DNA from: Methanobacteriota archaeon
GTDB lineage: Archaea > JAADCQ01 > Methanopyri > Methanopyrales > Methanopyraceae
DNA: 64,000 nucleotides
Direction: 5' to 3'
NCBI GenBank assembly: GCA_027064425.1
Contig: JAMOPO010000015.1
Coordinates: 128,001 to 192,000 of the forward strand
Shown here: piece by piece, positions 41,084 through 51,897 of the stretch
Position numbering within the stretch: the first letter of the stretch is position 1
Layout: every line of letters begins with the position of its first letter
The notes under the pieces: generated by a model
Databases searched by the model: none
What the model was told of the DNA's origin: nothing
Seen by the model: only the letters and a program-made list of their open reading frames with translations
Position numbers and translations under genes: made by a program

Positions 41084-41755
41084 CTACACCAGGTGAAGCG
41101 CGTCCTCGATGCGGGCGAGCTCGGGGCCGGTCGTCTCCTCCCCGACCAGGGCGCCCTTGGAGTTTACCACCAGCCCGGTCCCGACGTACGGGGAACCCTT
41201 GTTAACGGTCCCCACCTCGGCCTCCACTCCGAGAACCTTGGACACGAGCTCCAGCTCCTCCTCCGTTGCGCCCGGGTGGATCAGGGCCCCCTTCGAGTTC
41301 GCCACGCCGGCGGACCCTACCGTCTTCACCCCGCCGATCTCCGCCCGCTCCACCCGGCAGCCGAGCACGGACTCGACGACCTCGAGCGCGTGATCGTCCA
41401 GGTCAGGGTGAACCAGGGCGCCTTTGTCGTTCGTCAGGATGAGGTTGCCCACCGCGTTCATCTTCGAGGGAAGCACGTCCACCTCCACGCCCAGCTCGGC
41501 GACGGCCCTGATCTCCCGGTCGTCGGCCTGCCGCGGGAAGAGGGCCCCGTTGGAGTTCACGGCCAGCAGGGAGCCGACCAGGTTGCTCCCCGCGACGGTG
41601 GTCTTCACCACCTCTACGTCCAGCGCCTCCTCGATCTCCTTGACCACGTCATCCGGAACCCGGGGGGCGACCACCGCAAACTCCTCGGATACAGCGATCC
41701 AGGCGCCTACGTTCGGGTCCCCGCGGATCGAGGCTTTGACGACCGTCATCGTCAC
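41084..41755 (-). CDS. eif6: Translation initiation factor aIF6
   Basis: GSNLVGS, GTVNKG, TTGPEL. Confidence 0.95.
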   Translation of the reverse strand: MTMTVVKASIRGDPNVGAWIAVSEEFAVVAPRVPDDVVKEIEEALDVEVVKTTVAGSNLVGSLLAVNSNGALFPRQADDREIRAVAELGVEVDVLPSKMNAVGNLILTNDKGALVHPDLDDHALEVVESVLGCRVERAEIGGVKTVGSAGVANSKGALIHPGATEEELELVSKVLGVEAEVGTVNKGSPYVGTGLVVNSKGALVGEETTGPELARIEDALHLV

Positions 41756-42024
41756 TCCGCCAGCCTGACCTCGACGGTTCCATCCTCGTACTTCACCGCG
41801 CGGACCCTCACCCGGGAGGGCGGCTTCTTGATGCCGCGCTCCCAGATCTTCTCGTTCACGTCGTTCCCGATCTTCACCTCCTCCGCCTTCATGTGCCGCT
41901 CGATGAACTGTCGGAGCACCTTGATCGCCTTAGGGGCCCGCTTCTTCAGGGGCGCCTTCTTGGCGTCCCTCAGCGGGACCGTGTAGACGCGCTCCTCCAC
42001 GATCTCACCCTCGCCCTCCGCCAT
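41752..42024 (-). CDS. rpl31e: 50S ribosomal protein L31e
   Basis: [19 protein letters not shown]. Confidence 0.97.
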   Translation of the reverse strand: MAEGEGEIVEERVYTVPLRDAKKAPLKKRAPKAIKVLRQFIERHMKAEEVKIGNDVNEKIWERGIKKPPSRVRVRAVKYEDGTVEVRLAE

Positions 42025-42037
42025 CGCAGTCGCCCCC

Positions 42038-42193
42038 TCACGGCTTCAGCTTGTTCCTCCGCCAGTGCCGCTGCTTCGGGTTCTCGATGTCTCGGCCGCC
42101 CGTCTTCGCGATCACCCAGGGCGGGACCCGCCGGTTCTGCTTGATCGCCCGCCCCATCCTCAGCTTCTTGCCCAGCGGCTTGGCCTTGGCCAT
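42038..42193 (-). CDS. rpl39e: 50S ribosomal protein L39e (below ORF-track cutoff)
   Basis: [27 protein letters not shown]...[10 protein letters not shown]. Confidence 0.95.
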   Translation of the reverse strand: MAKAKPLGKKLRMGRAIKQNRRVPPWVIAKTGGRDIENPKQRHWRRNKLKP

Positions 42194-42205
42194 CGGGGGC
42201 TCCCC

Positions 42206-42577
42206 CTACTTCCGCTCGATCCGGATCCGGAAGTCCTTCCTCGTCGCCTCGGACACCTGCTTCAGAATCTTCTTGAGCTGATCCTCGTCTACCTTACCGT
42301 TGAGCTGCCCGGACTGCGCCATCTGGATCAGGTAGTTCTCCACGGTCTGGGCCAGCTGCGGCCGGGCCAGGCGGACCCGGGCCAGCCTCTCTCGTGCCTC
42401 CGGGGTCAGGATCTTGCGCAGAAGCGCCCGACGCTGCGCCTCCTCCAGAGCGCGCCGCTCCTCTTCCTTACGCCGCTCCTCCTCGGACCGACCCTCCTGA
42501 GCCTGCTGGGCCTGAGCCCGACGCTGAAGCTCGAGCATCCTCTTCCTCCGAAGCCGCTCCAGTTCGGGGTCCGTCAT
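42206..42577 (-). CDS. PDCD5-like dsDNA-binding protein
   Basis: LTPEARERL.RVRLARP, ENYLIQMAQSG. Confidence 0.93.
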   Translation of the reverse strand: MTDPELERLRRKRMLELQRRAQAQQAQEGRSEEERRKEEERRALEEAQRRALLRKILTPEARERLARVRLARPQLAQTVENYLIQMAQSGQLNGKVDEDQLKKILKQVSEATRKDFRIRIERK

Positions 42578-42602
42578 GATAAGCACCCGCCCGGGCAGAG
42601 GG

Positions 42603-43058
42603 TTAGAGCGGGGACTCGAACTTGTCCGTGTAACCTTTCTCCTTAGCGATTTCGTGCGCGGTCGAGTCCACCAGCGACCGGCCCTCCGGCGTGATCACCC
42701 GGCCCTCGTCCGTCTTCTCCACCAGCCCCGCCTCCTCCAGCTGCTGCAGGATCTTCCGAATGATCGCACCGCTGCCCTTCCGGAACCGCTCCGGCCGCGC
42801 CCCGCGGTCCTGCCGGCCGCCGTAATACGTTCGCAGTCGCTCGACTCCCACCGGGCCGTCGATGTAGATCCGGCGCAGCACGGACGCCGCCCGCATGTAC
42901 CACCAGTCCGGATCCTCCGGCGGGCGCTCCTTGTGCCGCCCTGTCTTCACGTACTTCGCCCACTCCGGTGGCTTGATCTCGTCGTACTCCTTCAGCTTCT
43001 CCGCGAGCCGCTCCACGAGCTCGTGTCCCGGGACCGCGAACGCGTCGTACGCCGGCAC
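42603..43058 (-). CDS. rps19e: 30S ribosomal protein S19e
   Basis: [18 protein letters not shown]. Confidence 0.98.
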   Translation of the reverse strand: MPAYDAFAVPGHELVERLAEKLKEYDEIKPPEWAKYVKTGRHKERPPEDPDWWYMRAASVLRRIYIDGPVGVERLRTYYGGRQDRGARPERFRKGSGAIIRKILQQLEEAGLVEKTDEGRVITPEGRSLVDSTAHEIAKEKGYTDKFESPL

Positions 43059-43104
43059 GGACCCGACACCCCCGCGTCGGCGCGCCCGGCCGCGTTAATT
43101 TGGT

Positions 43105-43437
43105 TTACCGGGAGAAGCGCTCCAGGTACCGCTTCCAGCCCTGCCGCGGTCGGAAGAGGACGGCCGTGCGGCCCCGAACGTCGATCAGCTCCGCGTTCAC
43201 CTTCTTGGCGAGCTCCACCGCCAGCTCCTTTCGGTCGTACTTACGCAGGATGTTTCGCTCGAAGCGGACCTTGATCAGCTCCCGCTCCTCCAGCTGCCGG
43301 TCCACCTCCTCGATGACCCCCGACGTCAGCCCGCGCTTCCCGATCCTTACCACCGGGTCCAGCATCACTCCCTTGGCCCGCAGGCGGCGACGCTCCTTGC
43401 CCGGGAGGCGCTTAACCTCCGGAGGATACTTGGTCAC
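43105..43437 (-). CDS. YhbY/CRM RNA-binding protein
   Basis: PVVRIGKRG, ELIKVRF, RGRTAVLFR. Confidence 0.92.
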   Translation of the reverse strand: MTKYPPEVKRLPGKERRRLRAKGVMLDPVVRIGKRGLTSGVIEEVDRQLEERELIKVRFERNILRKYDRKELAVELAKKVNAELIDVRGRTAVLFRPRQGWKRYLERFSR

Positions 43438-43795
43438 GACGACCCTCCCCCTCCCGCCGCTCCGCGCGGCGACGCCGTCGCTCTTTCACCTCCCGTAAAT
43501 ACGGATACCTGTATATGTACCCACACTCGAGGCACGTGACCGACACGTGCGGCATCCGGTTCTGCCGCAGCCGGACCCGGGCGGTGACACCGGGGATCAA
43601 CGGGGTGTAACAGCGCTTGCAGAAGCTCCTTCGGAGGTGCTTGGGCAGCCTCACGCGGGCCTTCATCGCGATCCTCCTGGCCAGCTCCACGTACCTGCGG
43701 GCGCGGTCCGGGTTCTCCTCGTACACCTCCCTGGCGAGGTTCAACAGCCTCTCCACGCGCTCCAGCGCGATCCTCCTGATCTCACCCCTCCTCAT
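43412..43795 (-). CDS. rnp4: RNase P protein Rpp21
   Basis: IALER, RRSFCKRC, CLECG..YRYP. Confidence 0.95.
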   Translation of the reverse strand: MRRGEIRRIALERVERLLNLAREVYEENPDRARRYVELARRIAMKARVRLPKHLRRSFCKRCYTPLIPGVTARVRLRQNRMPHVSVTCLECGYIYRYPYLREVKERRRRRAERREGEGRRDQVSSGG

Positions 43796-44846
43796 ATCAC
43801 TCCCACCTACCCCGGTCTCGGCCCAGTCGGTGCACGTTCACCCCACCGACGTCCTAGCCCGGTTCGACGGCACCCCGCTGACCCCCGCCACGGTCGACGT
43901 GAAACTCCCGGCAAGCCCGTCCCAGTCCCACCAGCCCGGGCTGAGCGCCGTGGGGTACTGGGTGGAGGGCGTCTTCGTGGGCAGGCCCGCGGGCTCCCGG
44001 GATCTCATCCTGATTAAAACGCCCAGGGCGCAGCGCGTCGAGCGCCGCCCGGGCCCGCTTCCCCTGCTCCTACCGCCGCTGGACCCGGCCCGGCACCCGA
44101 CCGAGGTCCTCCTCTGCTTGCCCGTCCGCAAAAAGGTCCTCGTCAGGCCCGCGCTGGCCGAGATCGTGCTCTCGGGATCGGACTGGACGACCCAGCTCCG
44201 AGTGACCGGAGTCACGCTGTTCGAGGGCGGGGAGACCGTGAGCGTCACTTACGTCCCCGACGAGAGCGTGGCGACGCTTACGTTCGAGGGTCTGCTCCCG
44301 AGGCCCCGTAAGGCGGCCGACAGCGTCGTGAGGTTCCTCTCCACCTGGGTCTGGCCCCGGGTCGTGAACGGGCTCATCGGGTCGATTCAGAGGGCGCTGG
44401 AGTCCAGGCTGGGGAGGGACGTCGTCGCGGCCCTCACGCCGTACCTCAACCTTCTGTTCACCGCCGTCAGGGCCGCCCTGGACAGGATCTGGGAGGCCTG
44501 CCTGGCGGACGCCGTCAAGGTGCTGGTGGAGGAGGCGGTGAGGGGGCTGGACGAGGCCCTCAAGGCGGTTTTCGCGGCCCTGTACCCCGACCGCGTGGAC
44601 CGGACCGCGCTCGAGGACCGCGAGCGCGTCTTCAAGGACCACGCCTACGGGCTGGTCGCGGGATGGCTTTCCTCCGAGCTCAGGGCGGGGTTCTACGACG
44701 CGCTCCGATCTCTGGCTCGATCGATCGAGCGGCGGACGGGGATCACGGTCCCGGAGGAGAGCGTTGAGGGGCTCGCCGGGGCCCTCTGGCGGCCGCTGGA
44801 GGTGCTGCTTAAGCTCCTGGCGCTGGACCTGATGGCGGGGTCGTGA
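43617..44846 (+). CDS. Hypothetical exported protein; start uncertain, overlaps rnp4 head-to-head
   Basis: Long ORF with signal-peptide-like AILLISPLLISLPPTPVSAQ; ends 3 nt before the next gene. Confidence 0.6.
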   Translation: MQKLLRRCLGSLTRAFIAILLASSTYLRARSGFSSYTSLARFNSLSTRSSAILLISPLLISLPPTPVSAQSVHVHPTDVLARFDGTPLTPATVDVKLPASPSQSHQPGLSAVGYWVEGVFVGRPAGSRDLILIKTPRAQRVERRPGPLPLLLPPLDPARHPTEVLLCLPVRKKVLVRPALAEIVLSGSDWTTQLRVTGVTLFEGGETVSVTYVPDESVATLTFEGLLPRPRKAADSVVRFLSTWVWPRVVNGLIGSIQRALESRLGRDVVAALTPYLNLLFTAVRAALDRIWEACLADAVKVLVEEAVRGLDEALKAVFAALYPDRVDRTALEDRERVFKDHAYGLVAGWLSSELRAGFYDALRSLARSIERRTGITVPEESVEGLAGALWRPLEVLLKLLALDLMAGS

Positions 44847-44849
44847 GCG

Positions 44850-45359
44850 ATGCTGAGCTTCCTGAAGAAGCGGGTCCTGATCGTTGGGTGCGGGAACGAG
44901 CTCTTCGGCGATGACGGGTTCGGACCGGCCGTCGTCCGGGAGATCGAGCGACGAGGCTGGTCGCACCCGGACGCCGAGGTCATCGACGCCGGGGCCGGCG
45001 CCCCGCAGAACGTGTTCTCGCTGATCGACGAGGACTCTCGGGTCGAGTTCATCGTCGTCGTGGACGCCGTGGACGTGGGCGAGGAGCCCGGGACGCTCCT
45101 CGAGTTCGGTCCCGAGGATCTGGATCCCGAGGCCCGGATTATTCCGGTCGACGCGCACGGGTGGAGCGTGGAGGCCGCCCTGCTCGAGCTGCACGAGCGG
45201 GTCGGGGTCGAGTTCCGGATCGTGGGGTGCCAGGTGAAGGAGCTGCCGATCCCCGAGATAAAGCCCGGAATGTCCGAGCCCGTGCGCCGCGCCGTGCCCC
45301 GGGCGGCGGACCGGGCCATAGAGCTGGCGGAAAGCTACCTCTCCCGCGAGACCTCGTAG
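44850..45359 (+). CDS. frhD: Hydrogenase maturation protease (FrhD-like)
   Basis: GCGNELFGDDGFG, VVDAVD, DAH. Confidence 0.85.
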   Translation: MLSFLKKRVLIVGCGNELFGDDGFGPAVVREIERRGWSHPDAEVIDAGAGAPQNVFSLIDEDSRVEFIVVVDAVDVGEEPGTLLEFGPEDLDPEARIIPVDAHGWSVEAALLELHERVGVEFRIVGCQVKELPIPEIKPGMSEPVRRAVPRAADRAIELAESYLSRETS

Positions 45360-45784
45360 ACCGCGTCCCGGTAGGACACCTCGAGGCTTCGCGCGCCGGT
45401 CGAGCAGGCCCTAACGCACTCCCCACACCCCAGGCAGGTGTCGTCGGGGGCGGGGCAGGCCTCCGCGCACCGCCCGCAGGAGACGCACCGCGCGTCGTCC
45501 ACCCGGACCCGGGCCTCGACCTTGTCCTTCACCAGCCACCTCAGCACCTCCGACGCCACCTCCCGGCCCAGCTCCTCCTCCAACAGTGGCCAGAGCCCGA
45601 ACGGCGGTGACCTACGGAGCACCCGCTCCGCCGCAGCCCTGGCGCGCTCGCTCGGGTAGTCTCCGCGGAGGTAATGGGAGACCGTGGAGACGTCCACGCC
45701 CAGCCTCTCTGCGACCTCGGTCAGCGGCATCTCACGCGACATCTTCTCGGCGGCCAACGCCCTCAGCGCGGCGGCCAGCCGCAC
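45335..45784 (-). CDS. XRE-type HTH fused to 2[4Fe-4S] ferredoxin
   Basis: LTEVAERLGVDVSTVSHYLRG; CVSCGRCAEACP and CLGCGECVRAC. Confidence 0.85.
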   Translation of the reverse strand: MRLAAALRALAAEKMSREMPLTEVAERLGVDVSTVSHYLRGDYPSERARAAAERVLRRSPPFGLWPLLEEELGREVASEVLRWLVKDKVEARVRVDDARCVSCGRCAEACPAPDDTCLGCGECVRACSTGARSLEVSYRDAVYEVSRER

Positions 45785-45796
45785 CCGAGGGCCCCC

Positions 45797-47338
45797 TTAC
45801 CTCCCCACCACCTGGAGTCTCTTCAGGGCCCTAATCAACCCGACAGCACCGACGCGATCGGCCCCACGCTCTAAGATCCTCCACTCCAGGTCACTGACGC
45901 CGCCCAGCGCGATCACGAGCAGCGCGTAGACCGCCGAGCCCGCCGTGAGGCCCGCCAGGAGCTTGAGCACCAGCCACGGGACCGTCTCCTCGAGCCACCG
46001 CGCGACCACCCAGGCTACGGCCCCCGCGAGCACCGGGACCATGAGCCACCGGAACCGGAGCTCCACCGGCGCGTTGACCAGCACCGCCCTCACGGCCAAG
46101 ATCATGGCTAGCCAGTTGGAGATCGCGGTGGCGAGGGAGGCCCCGAAGATGCCGAGGCGCGGGACGAGCAGGACGTTCAGCCCCACGTTCAGGGCCAGGG
46201 ACAGCGAGAGGATGAAGAGCGGGTGTCGCTCCTTCCCGATCCCCTGCAGCAGGCTCGCGCAGCTGCGGAAGATCACGATGAACGCCATCGCCGTGGGCAG
46301 GACGTAGAGCGCCTGCGCGCCCGGCCGGAACGGCGCCCCGAAGAAGAGCACGATCAGGGGCTCGGCCAGCGCCCCGGTGAGCGCGGCCACCGGTACGAGG
46401 AGCGTCCACATGGTCTTGACGGAGACGTGGGCGTACTGCCGCAGCGTCCTCTCGTCCCGGAGCGCCTCGGCCTCGGAGGCCGCGGGCAGGAGCGCCGTTG
46501 CGACGGCGGCGCACAGGGTCGTGGGGAGCCGGGCGATGGGCCCCGCCGCGTCGTAGAACCCAACCCACAGCGTGCCCAGAAAGTAACCGATCGCGAGCAG
46601 GTCCACGTTGGACTGGATCATGTCGGCGATCCCGGTCAGGGCGACGGGCAGGCCGAAGGTCAGCGCCTCCCGGGCGACGCGGGTCGGCGGCAGCGGCTCC
46701 CCCTTCTCCGGGACGTTCGGTAGGTGCTTCCGCCTCAGCTCGACCGCGCCGTAGGCGCCGGAGGTGATGTACGCGAGCGCGGCCGAAGCGAACACGGCGC
46801 CCGCGGGCCCGTACCCCGCGAGAATCAGCGCCGGGGCACCGCCCACCCGGGTACCCTGCTCCACGAACTGCGTCATCACGTACCCTCGCATGTCCTGAAA
46901 GCCCTGGAAGGCGCCCCGGACGCACGAGGCGAACGCCGCGAACGGCAGGCCGACGGCCGTGAGCACCAGCGGCCAGTACAGCCGCGGGTTGTGAAAGTAC
47001 CAGTTCGCCAGGTACGGGGCGAGAAGCGCGAGGATGGTGGCGGTCAGGGCAGAGATGGCGACCAGGGCGAGGGTGGGGACGCCGATGAACTGCCGGACCT
47101 TGACCCCGTCTCCCAGGGCCTGGTACCGGGACACGTATCTCGCGATCGCGGGCGGGACGCCGAACGTGGCCAGGAACATCACGATCGTCTGAACGACCAT
47201 CGTGGCCGAGACGATCCCGTAACCGTCGGGGCCGAGCAGGCGGCCCACCAGCAGCCGGTAAACGTAGCCACCCAGGCGCAGGACGAGGGAGCCGACGAAG
47301 ACCGTCAGACTGCCCTTAACGAGTCGGAGGAGGGACAA
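45797..47338 (-). CDS. Flippase (Wzx/MOP exporter)
   Basis: About 14 TMs; RLLGPDGYG, N..LVPRLGIFGA. Confidence 0.88.
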   Translation of the reverse strand: MSLLRLVKGSLTVFVGSLVLRLGGYVYRLLVGRLLGPDGYGIVSATMVVQTIVMFLATFGVPPAIARYVSRYQALGDGVKVRQFIGVPTLALVAISALTATILALLAPYLANWYFHNPRLYWPLVLTAVGLPFAAFASCVRGAFQGFQDMRGYVMTQFVEQGTRVGGAPALILAGYGPAGAVFASAALAYITSGAYGAVELRRKHLPNVPEKGEPLPPTRVAREALTFGLPVALTGIADMIQSNVDLLAIGYFLGTLWVGFYDAAGPIARLPTTLCAAVATALLPAASEAEALRDERTLRQYAHVSVKTMWTLLVPVAALTGALAEPLIVLFFGAPFRPGAQALYVLPTAMAFIVIFRSCASLLQGIGKERHPLFILSLSLALNVGLNVLLVPRLGIFGASLATAISNWLAMILAVRAVLVNAPVELRFRWLMVPVLAGAVAWVVARWLEETVPWLVLKLLAGLTAGSAVYALLVIALGGVSDLEWRILERGADRVGAVGLIRALKRLQVVGR

Positions 47339-47350
47339 CGGGGCACCCCG

Positions 47351-48247
47351 TCACTCCTCGTCCTCGTACACTGGCGTGCCCTCCTTCCGCGTCAGCTCCC
47401 GGAACGCCTCCATGATCTTCCTCGTGATCGGGCCCGGGCACTCCTCACCGATCTTCCGACCGTCCACCTTCCTCACCGGTGCCACCTCCGCCGCCGTCCC
47501 CGTCAGGAACACCTCGTCCGCCGAGTACAGCTCCCCCAGCGTGATCCTCTTCTCCTCCACCGGAATCCCCAGCTCCTCGCACAGCTCCATCACCGTCGCC
47601 CGCGTAATCCCGCGCAGAATCGTGTCCTCCGGCGGCGTGTAGACCACGCCGTCCTCCACCACGAACACGTTGTCACCCGTGCCCTCGCACACGTACCCCT
47701 CGTGGTCCAGCATGATCGCCTCGTCCGCGCCCGCCAGGTTCGCCTGGATCTTCGCCAGGATGTTGTTCAGGTAGTTGCAGGACTTGATCTTCGGATCCAG
47801 CGCGTCCGGCGGAATCCGCCGCACCGAGGCCGTGATCACCTCGATCCCCTTCTCGTACAGGTCCCCGTACAGCGGTTCCATCGGCTCCGCGATGATCACG
47901 ACCGTCGGCTCCTCGCACTTTTCCGGGTCCAGTCCCAGGTCACCCTCGCCCCGCGAAACCACCACCCGGATGTACGCGTCCCGGAGCTCGTTCGCCCGCA
48001 CCGTCTCGATGATCGCCTCCTTCATCTCCTCTTTGCTCATCGGAATGTCCAGCATGATCGCCTTCGCCGAGTCGTACAGCCGGTCCACGTGCTCATCCAG
48101 CTTGAAGATCCGGCCGTCGTACGCCCGGATCCCCTCGAACACACCGTCCCCGTACAGGAACCCGTGATCGTAGACGGAGACCTTGGCCTCCTCCCGCGGC
48201 ACAAGCTTGCCGTTCAGGTAGATGAGCTGCTCGCGCTTCTCGGACAA
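47351..48247 (-). CDS. ilvE: Branched-chain amino acid aminotransferase
   Basis: [34 protein letters not shown]. Confidence 0.96.
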   Translation of the reverse strand: MSEKREQLIYLNGKLVPREEAKVSVYDHGFLYGDGVFEGIRAYDGRIFKLDEHVDRLYDSAKAIMLDIPMSKEEMKEAIIETVRANELRDAYIRVVVSRGEGDLGLDPEKCEEPTVVIIAEPMEPLYGDLYEKGIEVITASVRRIPPDALDPKIKSCNYLNNILAKIQANLAGADEAIMLDHEGYVCEGTGDNVFVVEDGVVYTPPEDTILRGITRATVMELCEELGIPVEEKRITLGELYSADEVFLTGTAAEVAPVRKVDGRKIGEECPGPITRKIMEAFRELTRKEGTPVYEDEE

Positions 48248-48342
48248 CCCGCAACCCCCGGCCGCTGCCCGACTAGCGGGCGTTAAAACACTCTCCCTTC
48301 GCCTCCGCCCGGGAGCCGTCGACCCGCCGGGGTGGGGCGGCA

Positions 48343-49785
48343 ATGATTCAGTACATCATCCTTGAGCACGTCCTCGGCGCCGTCATCTCGATGGTGATCG
48401 AGGAGTACGTGGCGGACCTCGCAGCCCGGCGCTACGTCCGGCAGATGGCGGAGCGCGTCGTCAGAGAGATCATCCGTGAGGCGAGGAGGCGAGAGATCGG
48501 ACTCACCGACCTGTTCAAGTCCACCGGTTGGATCGTGGAGGAGGCGACCGAGCGGATCACGGAAATGCTCAGGTCCGTCGGGGTCTCGGGCGAGGACGTC
48601 GAGGAAGGCATCCGACGCCAAATCTCGGACAAGCTGTCCCTCTACGAGGTCGCGAAGGAGGGGCTCCGGACGCTCGTCTCCGAGGTGCTCGGCGGCAGCG
48701 AGGACGAGGAGAATCTCGAGTTCTACGAGTACTCCGAGAAGGTCCTGGATCGACTGATCGACGAGGCCAGCGAGTTCGTCTACCTCGCCAGCCCGTGGGT
48801 TTCCAACCCGGACAGGCTGGTAGAGGAGGGTGTTCGGAGCCTCCCGGACCTACCGGAGCGTGACCTGGAGCTCTTCCTGCTCGTGGCCGCCGACGAGAAC
48901 GAGCCAGAGACGCTGAGGGAGTGGGCGCGCTTGGGCTTCGAAGTCCGGGAGGCTGAGGGTCGAGGGGGAGGGCTAGGGATCCACTGCAAGATCTACGCCA
49001 ACGAGCGGGTGGCGCTCAGCGCCAGCTGGAACCTCACCGTCAGCAGCCTCAAGCGCCTGAGGGCTATGCGCGAGGTCCACACGGTGAATATAAAGAAGGA
49101 CGAGTGCGGCACGTGCAGCGCGAACTACGAGCAGCTGCTGACGGAGTTCTCAACGCGTTGGTCCGAGGCCAAGCAGCGTTATTTCCGCGACGAAGGGGAG
49201 AAGGGCCCCGCGATTCTCGAGGTGCACTGGGGCGACGACCGGCCGGAGCGGGTCGTGATCTACCGCGAGAACGGCGAGCGCTGGTTCACGGTCGAGCTGG
49301 GCGAAGACCACGAGGGGTTCGTGTTCAACGGTCGCGCCTACCGATACGACCCGGAGTACCGAGGGTTCGTTCCACTCGTGTTCGAGGACCGGGACCTCGC
49401 ATCCCGGGTCCTGCTACCCTTCGTCGGGGTCAGGCTGCGGGGCGTACGACCCGACCGACTCGACGTCGTCCGACACGACGTGACGTGGGAGGAAGGCCAG
49501 GCGGAGCGCGTGCGAGAGCTCACCGACGCGTGCTACGATCGGGCTCTCGTCGTGTGGGGTCTCGACCCCGACCCTGAGGAGGACTTCTACGTCGCGGGCG
49601 GGGGCAAGGCGCTCGCGGTCCGATGCCAACGACGCGGGGACGAGCTAATCGTGGATCGTGTGGACGTGATCGAGCCCGGTAACCCGCCAGGCTGGGCCTC
49701 GGGCCGACGGCTCGTGGACTTGGGCTGGCTGTACGATCCCGACACCGGGTACGGCACGCCCGCCCTGTTCTTCTACCCGGACTAA
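48343..49785 (+). CDS. Protein with a central PLD-like (HKD) domain
   Basis: [15 protein letters not shown] and [20 protein letters not shown]. Confidence 0.65.
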   Translation: MIQYIILEHVLGAVISMVIEEYVADLAARRYVRQMAERVVREIIREARRREIGLTDLFKSTGWIVEEATERITEMLRSVGVSGEDVEEGIRRQISDKLSLYEVAKEGLRTLVSEVLGGSEDEENLEFYEYSEKVLDRLIDEASEFVYLASPWVSNPDRLVEEGVRSLPDLPERDLELFLLVAADENEPETLREWARLGFEVREAEGRGGGLGIHCKIYANERVALSASWNLTVSSLKRLRAMREVHTVNIKKDECGTCSANYEQLLTEFSTRWSEAKQRYFRDEGEKGPAILEVHWGDDRPERVVIYRENGERWFTVELGEDHEGFVFNGRAYRYDPEYRGFVPLVFEDRDLASRVLLPFVGVRLRGVRPDRLDVVRHDVTWEEGQAERVRELTDACYDRALVVWGLDPDPEEDFYVAGGGKALAVRCQRRGDELIVDRVDVIEPGNPPGWASGRRLVDLGWLYDPDTGYGTPALFFYPD

Positions 49786-51128
49786 CCTCCCCGCAGCTTC
49801 GCCACGAAGAACCCCGCGGTGTCGTGCCGGAACGGCCAGTACCGGCGCACCTTGTCGTACCCGGAGAACCGCTCCCCGCGGAACTCCTTGAGGCCCGGGG
49901 AGCCGGGTACCCCCGCGTCGACCAGCTTGACGTTGTACTCCTCCAGCGCCCGCTTCACGATCGCCTCGTTCTCCTCCCAGGACACCGCACACGTGGAGTA
50001 GACCAGCGTGCACCCGTGCTCCTCCGCGATTCTCAGCGCCGGCTCCAGGATGTTCCACTCCCGTCGGGCGAACTTCTCCAACGGCTTCGGCTTCCACCGG
50101 CTGTCCGGGTTCCGGTTCCACACGCCCGTCGTCGAGCAGGGCGGGTCCACGAGGATGCGGTCCGGCACCTCCGGCAGGTCGTCCGGGGACAGTCCACGGG
50201 CGTCCCGGCAGACGGTCTCCACGCAGGTGATGCCCAGCCGACGGCACCGTCGCCGGAGGACCTCCAGCCCGCGCTCGGAGACGTCGATCGAGATGATCGT
50301 CCCCTCGTCCAGCATCTGCTCCGCCATGTGCGTCGTCTTGCTGCCCGGGGCCGCGCACACGTCCAGCACGACCTCCCCCGGCTCGGGCGAGAGCGCCGCC
50401 GACGCGCACGCCGAGGCCAGGTCCTGAACGTCGAACAGCCCCTCCCGCCAGGCCTTCGAGCCGTACCCGCGCCCCTTGACCAGGACCTTGACCTCCTCCA
50501 GGAACGTTGGTTCCACGACGATCCCGTACTCCCGGCGCAGGACCTCCTCCCCGGTCAGCGGGTCCAGCTGAAGCCGATTAATGCGCAGGTACTGCGGCGG
50601 GATCCGGTTGTTCGCCCGAAGCAGCCGTTCCACCCGCTCCCGGTCCCCGTCGAACAGGTCCAGCGCGTAGAGCACGAACCACTCCGGGTGCCCGTACCGG
50701 AGCGCGAGCCGCTCCGTCCAGGGCCGGTCCTCGAGCACCTCCTCGACCGAGACGCGCTCCACGCCCCGGAGCACGGCGTTTACAAAGTCGCCCGCGCGCT
50801 CCCCCACCAGCCGCTTCGCGATCCGCACCATGCAGTCCGTCACCGCGGGCGCGGGGTTGCCCCACAGCTTCATCTCCAGCGTGCCGACCCGGACGATCTG
50901 CTTGACGTACGGGGAGCGGATCCGCTCCGGTTCCGCCTCCGACCCCGCCCGGATCAGCTCGTCCAGCAGGTTCCGATGCTTTATAGTCTCGTAGACGAAG
51001 GCCTGGACCGACCGGCGCACCTCCCTCGGCCGGTCCCCGCAGACCCGCTCCACCGCCTCCGGGATCGGCACGCCCCGCGTCTCGATCAGCACCAGCGCCC
51101 GGACAGCCAGCAGTTGGTTCTCCAACAC
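49782..51128 (-). CDS. RsmB/NOL1/NOP2 m5C methyltransferase with NusB-like domain
   Basis: FVNAVLR, DVCAAPGSKT, LVDPPCS, VYSTC. Confidence 0.92.
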   Translation of the reverse strand: MLENQLLAVRALVLIETRGVPIPEAVERVCGDRPREVRRSVQAFVYETIKHRNLLDELIRAGSEAEPERIRSPYVKQIVRVGTLEMKLWGNPAPAVTDCMVRIAKRLVGERAGDFVNAVLRGVERVSVEEVLEDRPWTERLALRYGHPEWFVLYALDLFDGDRERVERLLRANNRIPPQYLRINRLQLDPLTGEEVLRREYGIVVEPTFLEEVKVLVKGRGYGSKAWREGLFDVQDLASACASAALSPEPGEVVLDVCAAPGSKTTHMAEQMLDEGTIISIDVSERGLEVLRRRCRRLGITCVETVCRDARGLSPDDLPEVPDRILVDPPCSTTGVWNRNPDSRWKPKPLEKFARREWNILEPALRIAEEHGCTLVYSTCAVSWEENEAIVKRALEEYNVKLVDAGVPGSPGLKEFRGERFSGYDKVRRYWPFRHDTAGFFVAKLRGG

Positions 51129-51141
51129 CAACCGCCCCTGG

Positions 51142-51897
51142 GTGGTGGTTCCCGTGGAGGTGATCAAGGTCGGCGGGGAGGTCCTGGATCGGGTCGACCG
51201 CCTCGCCGAGGCCCTCCGGGACGAGACCATCCTCGTGCACGGCGGCGGGCCCGAGGTCTCCCGGGTCATGGAGGAGCTCGGGCTCGAGCCCAAGTTCGTG
51301 AGGGGACTTCGGGTCACCGACGAGGAGACCCTACGCGTGGTGACCATGGTGCTCGCCGGCTCCATCAACAAGCGCCTCGTCGCCGGGCTCCGCGCGCACG
51401 GGATCGACGCGGTCGGCCTCTCCGGGGTGGACGGTGGCCTCCTCCTCGCCGAGAAGCGGGTCGAGCGCGTGGACGGAGAGGAGGTCGACCTGGGCTACGT
51501 GGGCGACGTGAAGGCCGTGAACGTCCGCCTGCTCCGCTCGCTCCTCGAGGACGGTCGCGTGCCCGTGGTCGCCCCGCTCGGCGTGGACGAGCGCGGCACC
51601 ATTTACAACATCAACGCCGACACCGCCGCCGGCGCCATCGCCGCGGAGGCCGAGGCGGACCGGCTCGTGCTCCTCACCGACGTCCCCGGCGTGCTGGAGG
51701 ACGTGGACGACCCCAACAGCGTGATCGATCGCCTGACGCCTGAAGAGGCGCGCGACCTCCAGCGCGAGGGTGTGATTAAGGGGGGCATGATCCCCAAGGT
51801 CGAAGCCGCGCTACGGGCGGTGGAGGGAGGATGTCGGGAGGCGATCGTGACGAACTTGTCCGGGCTGTTGAACGGCGAGGGGACAGTCATAAGATAG
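51142..51897 (+). CDS. argB: Acetylglutamate kinase
   Basis: KVGG, VHGGG, GLRVTD, NINAD, GGMIPKV. Confidence 0.95.
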   Translation: MVVPVEVIKVGGEVLDRVDRLAEALRDETILVHGGGPEVSRVMEELGLEPKFVRGLRVTDEETLRVVTMVLAGSINKRLVAGLRAHGIDAVGLSGVDGGLLLAEKRVERVDGEEVDLGYVGDVKAVNVRLLRSLLEDGRVPVVAPLGVDERGTIYNINADTAAGAIAAEAEADRLVLLTDVPGVLEDVDDPNSVIDRLTPEEARDLQREGVIKGGMIPKVEAALRAVEGGCREAIVTNLSGLLNGEGTVIR

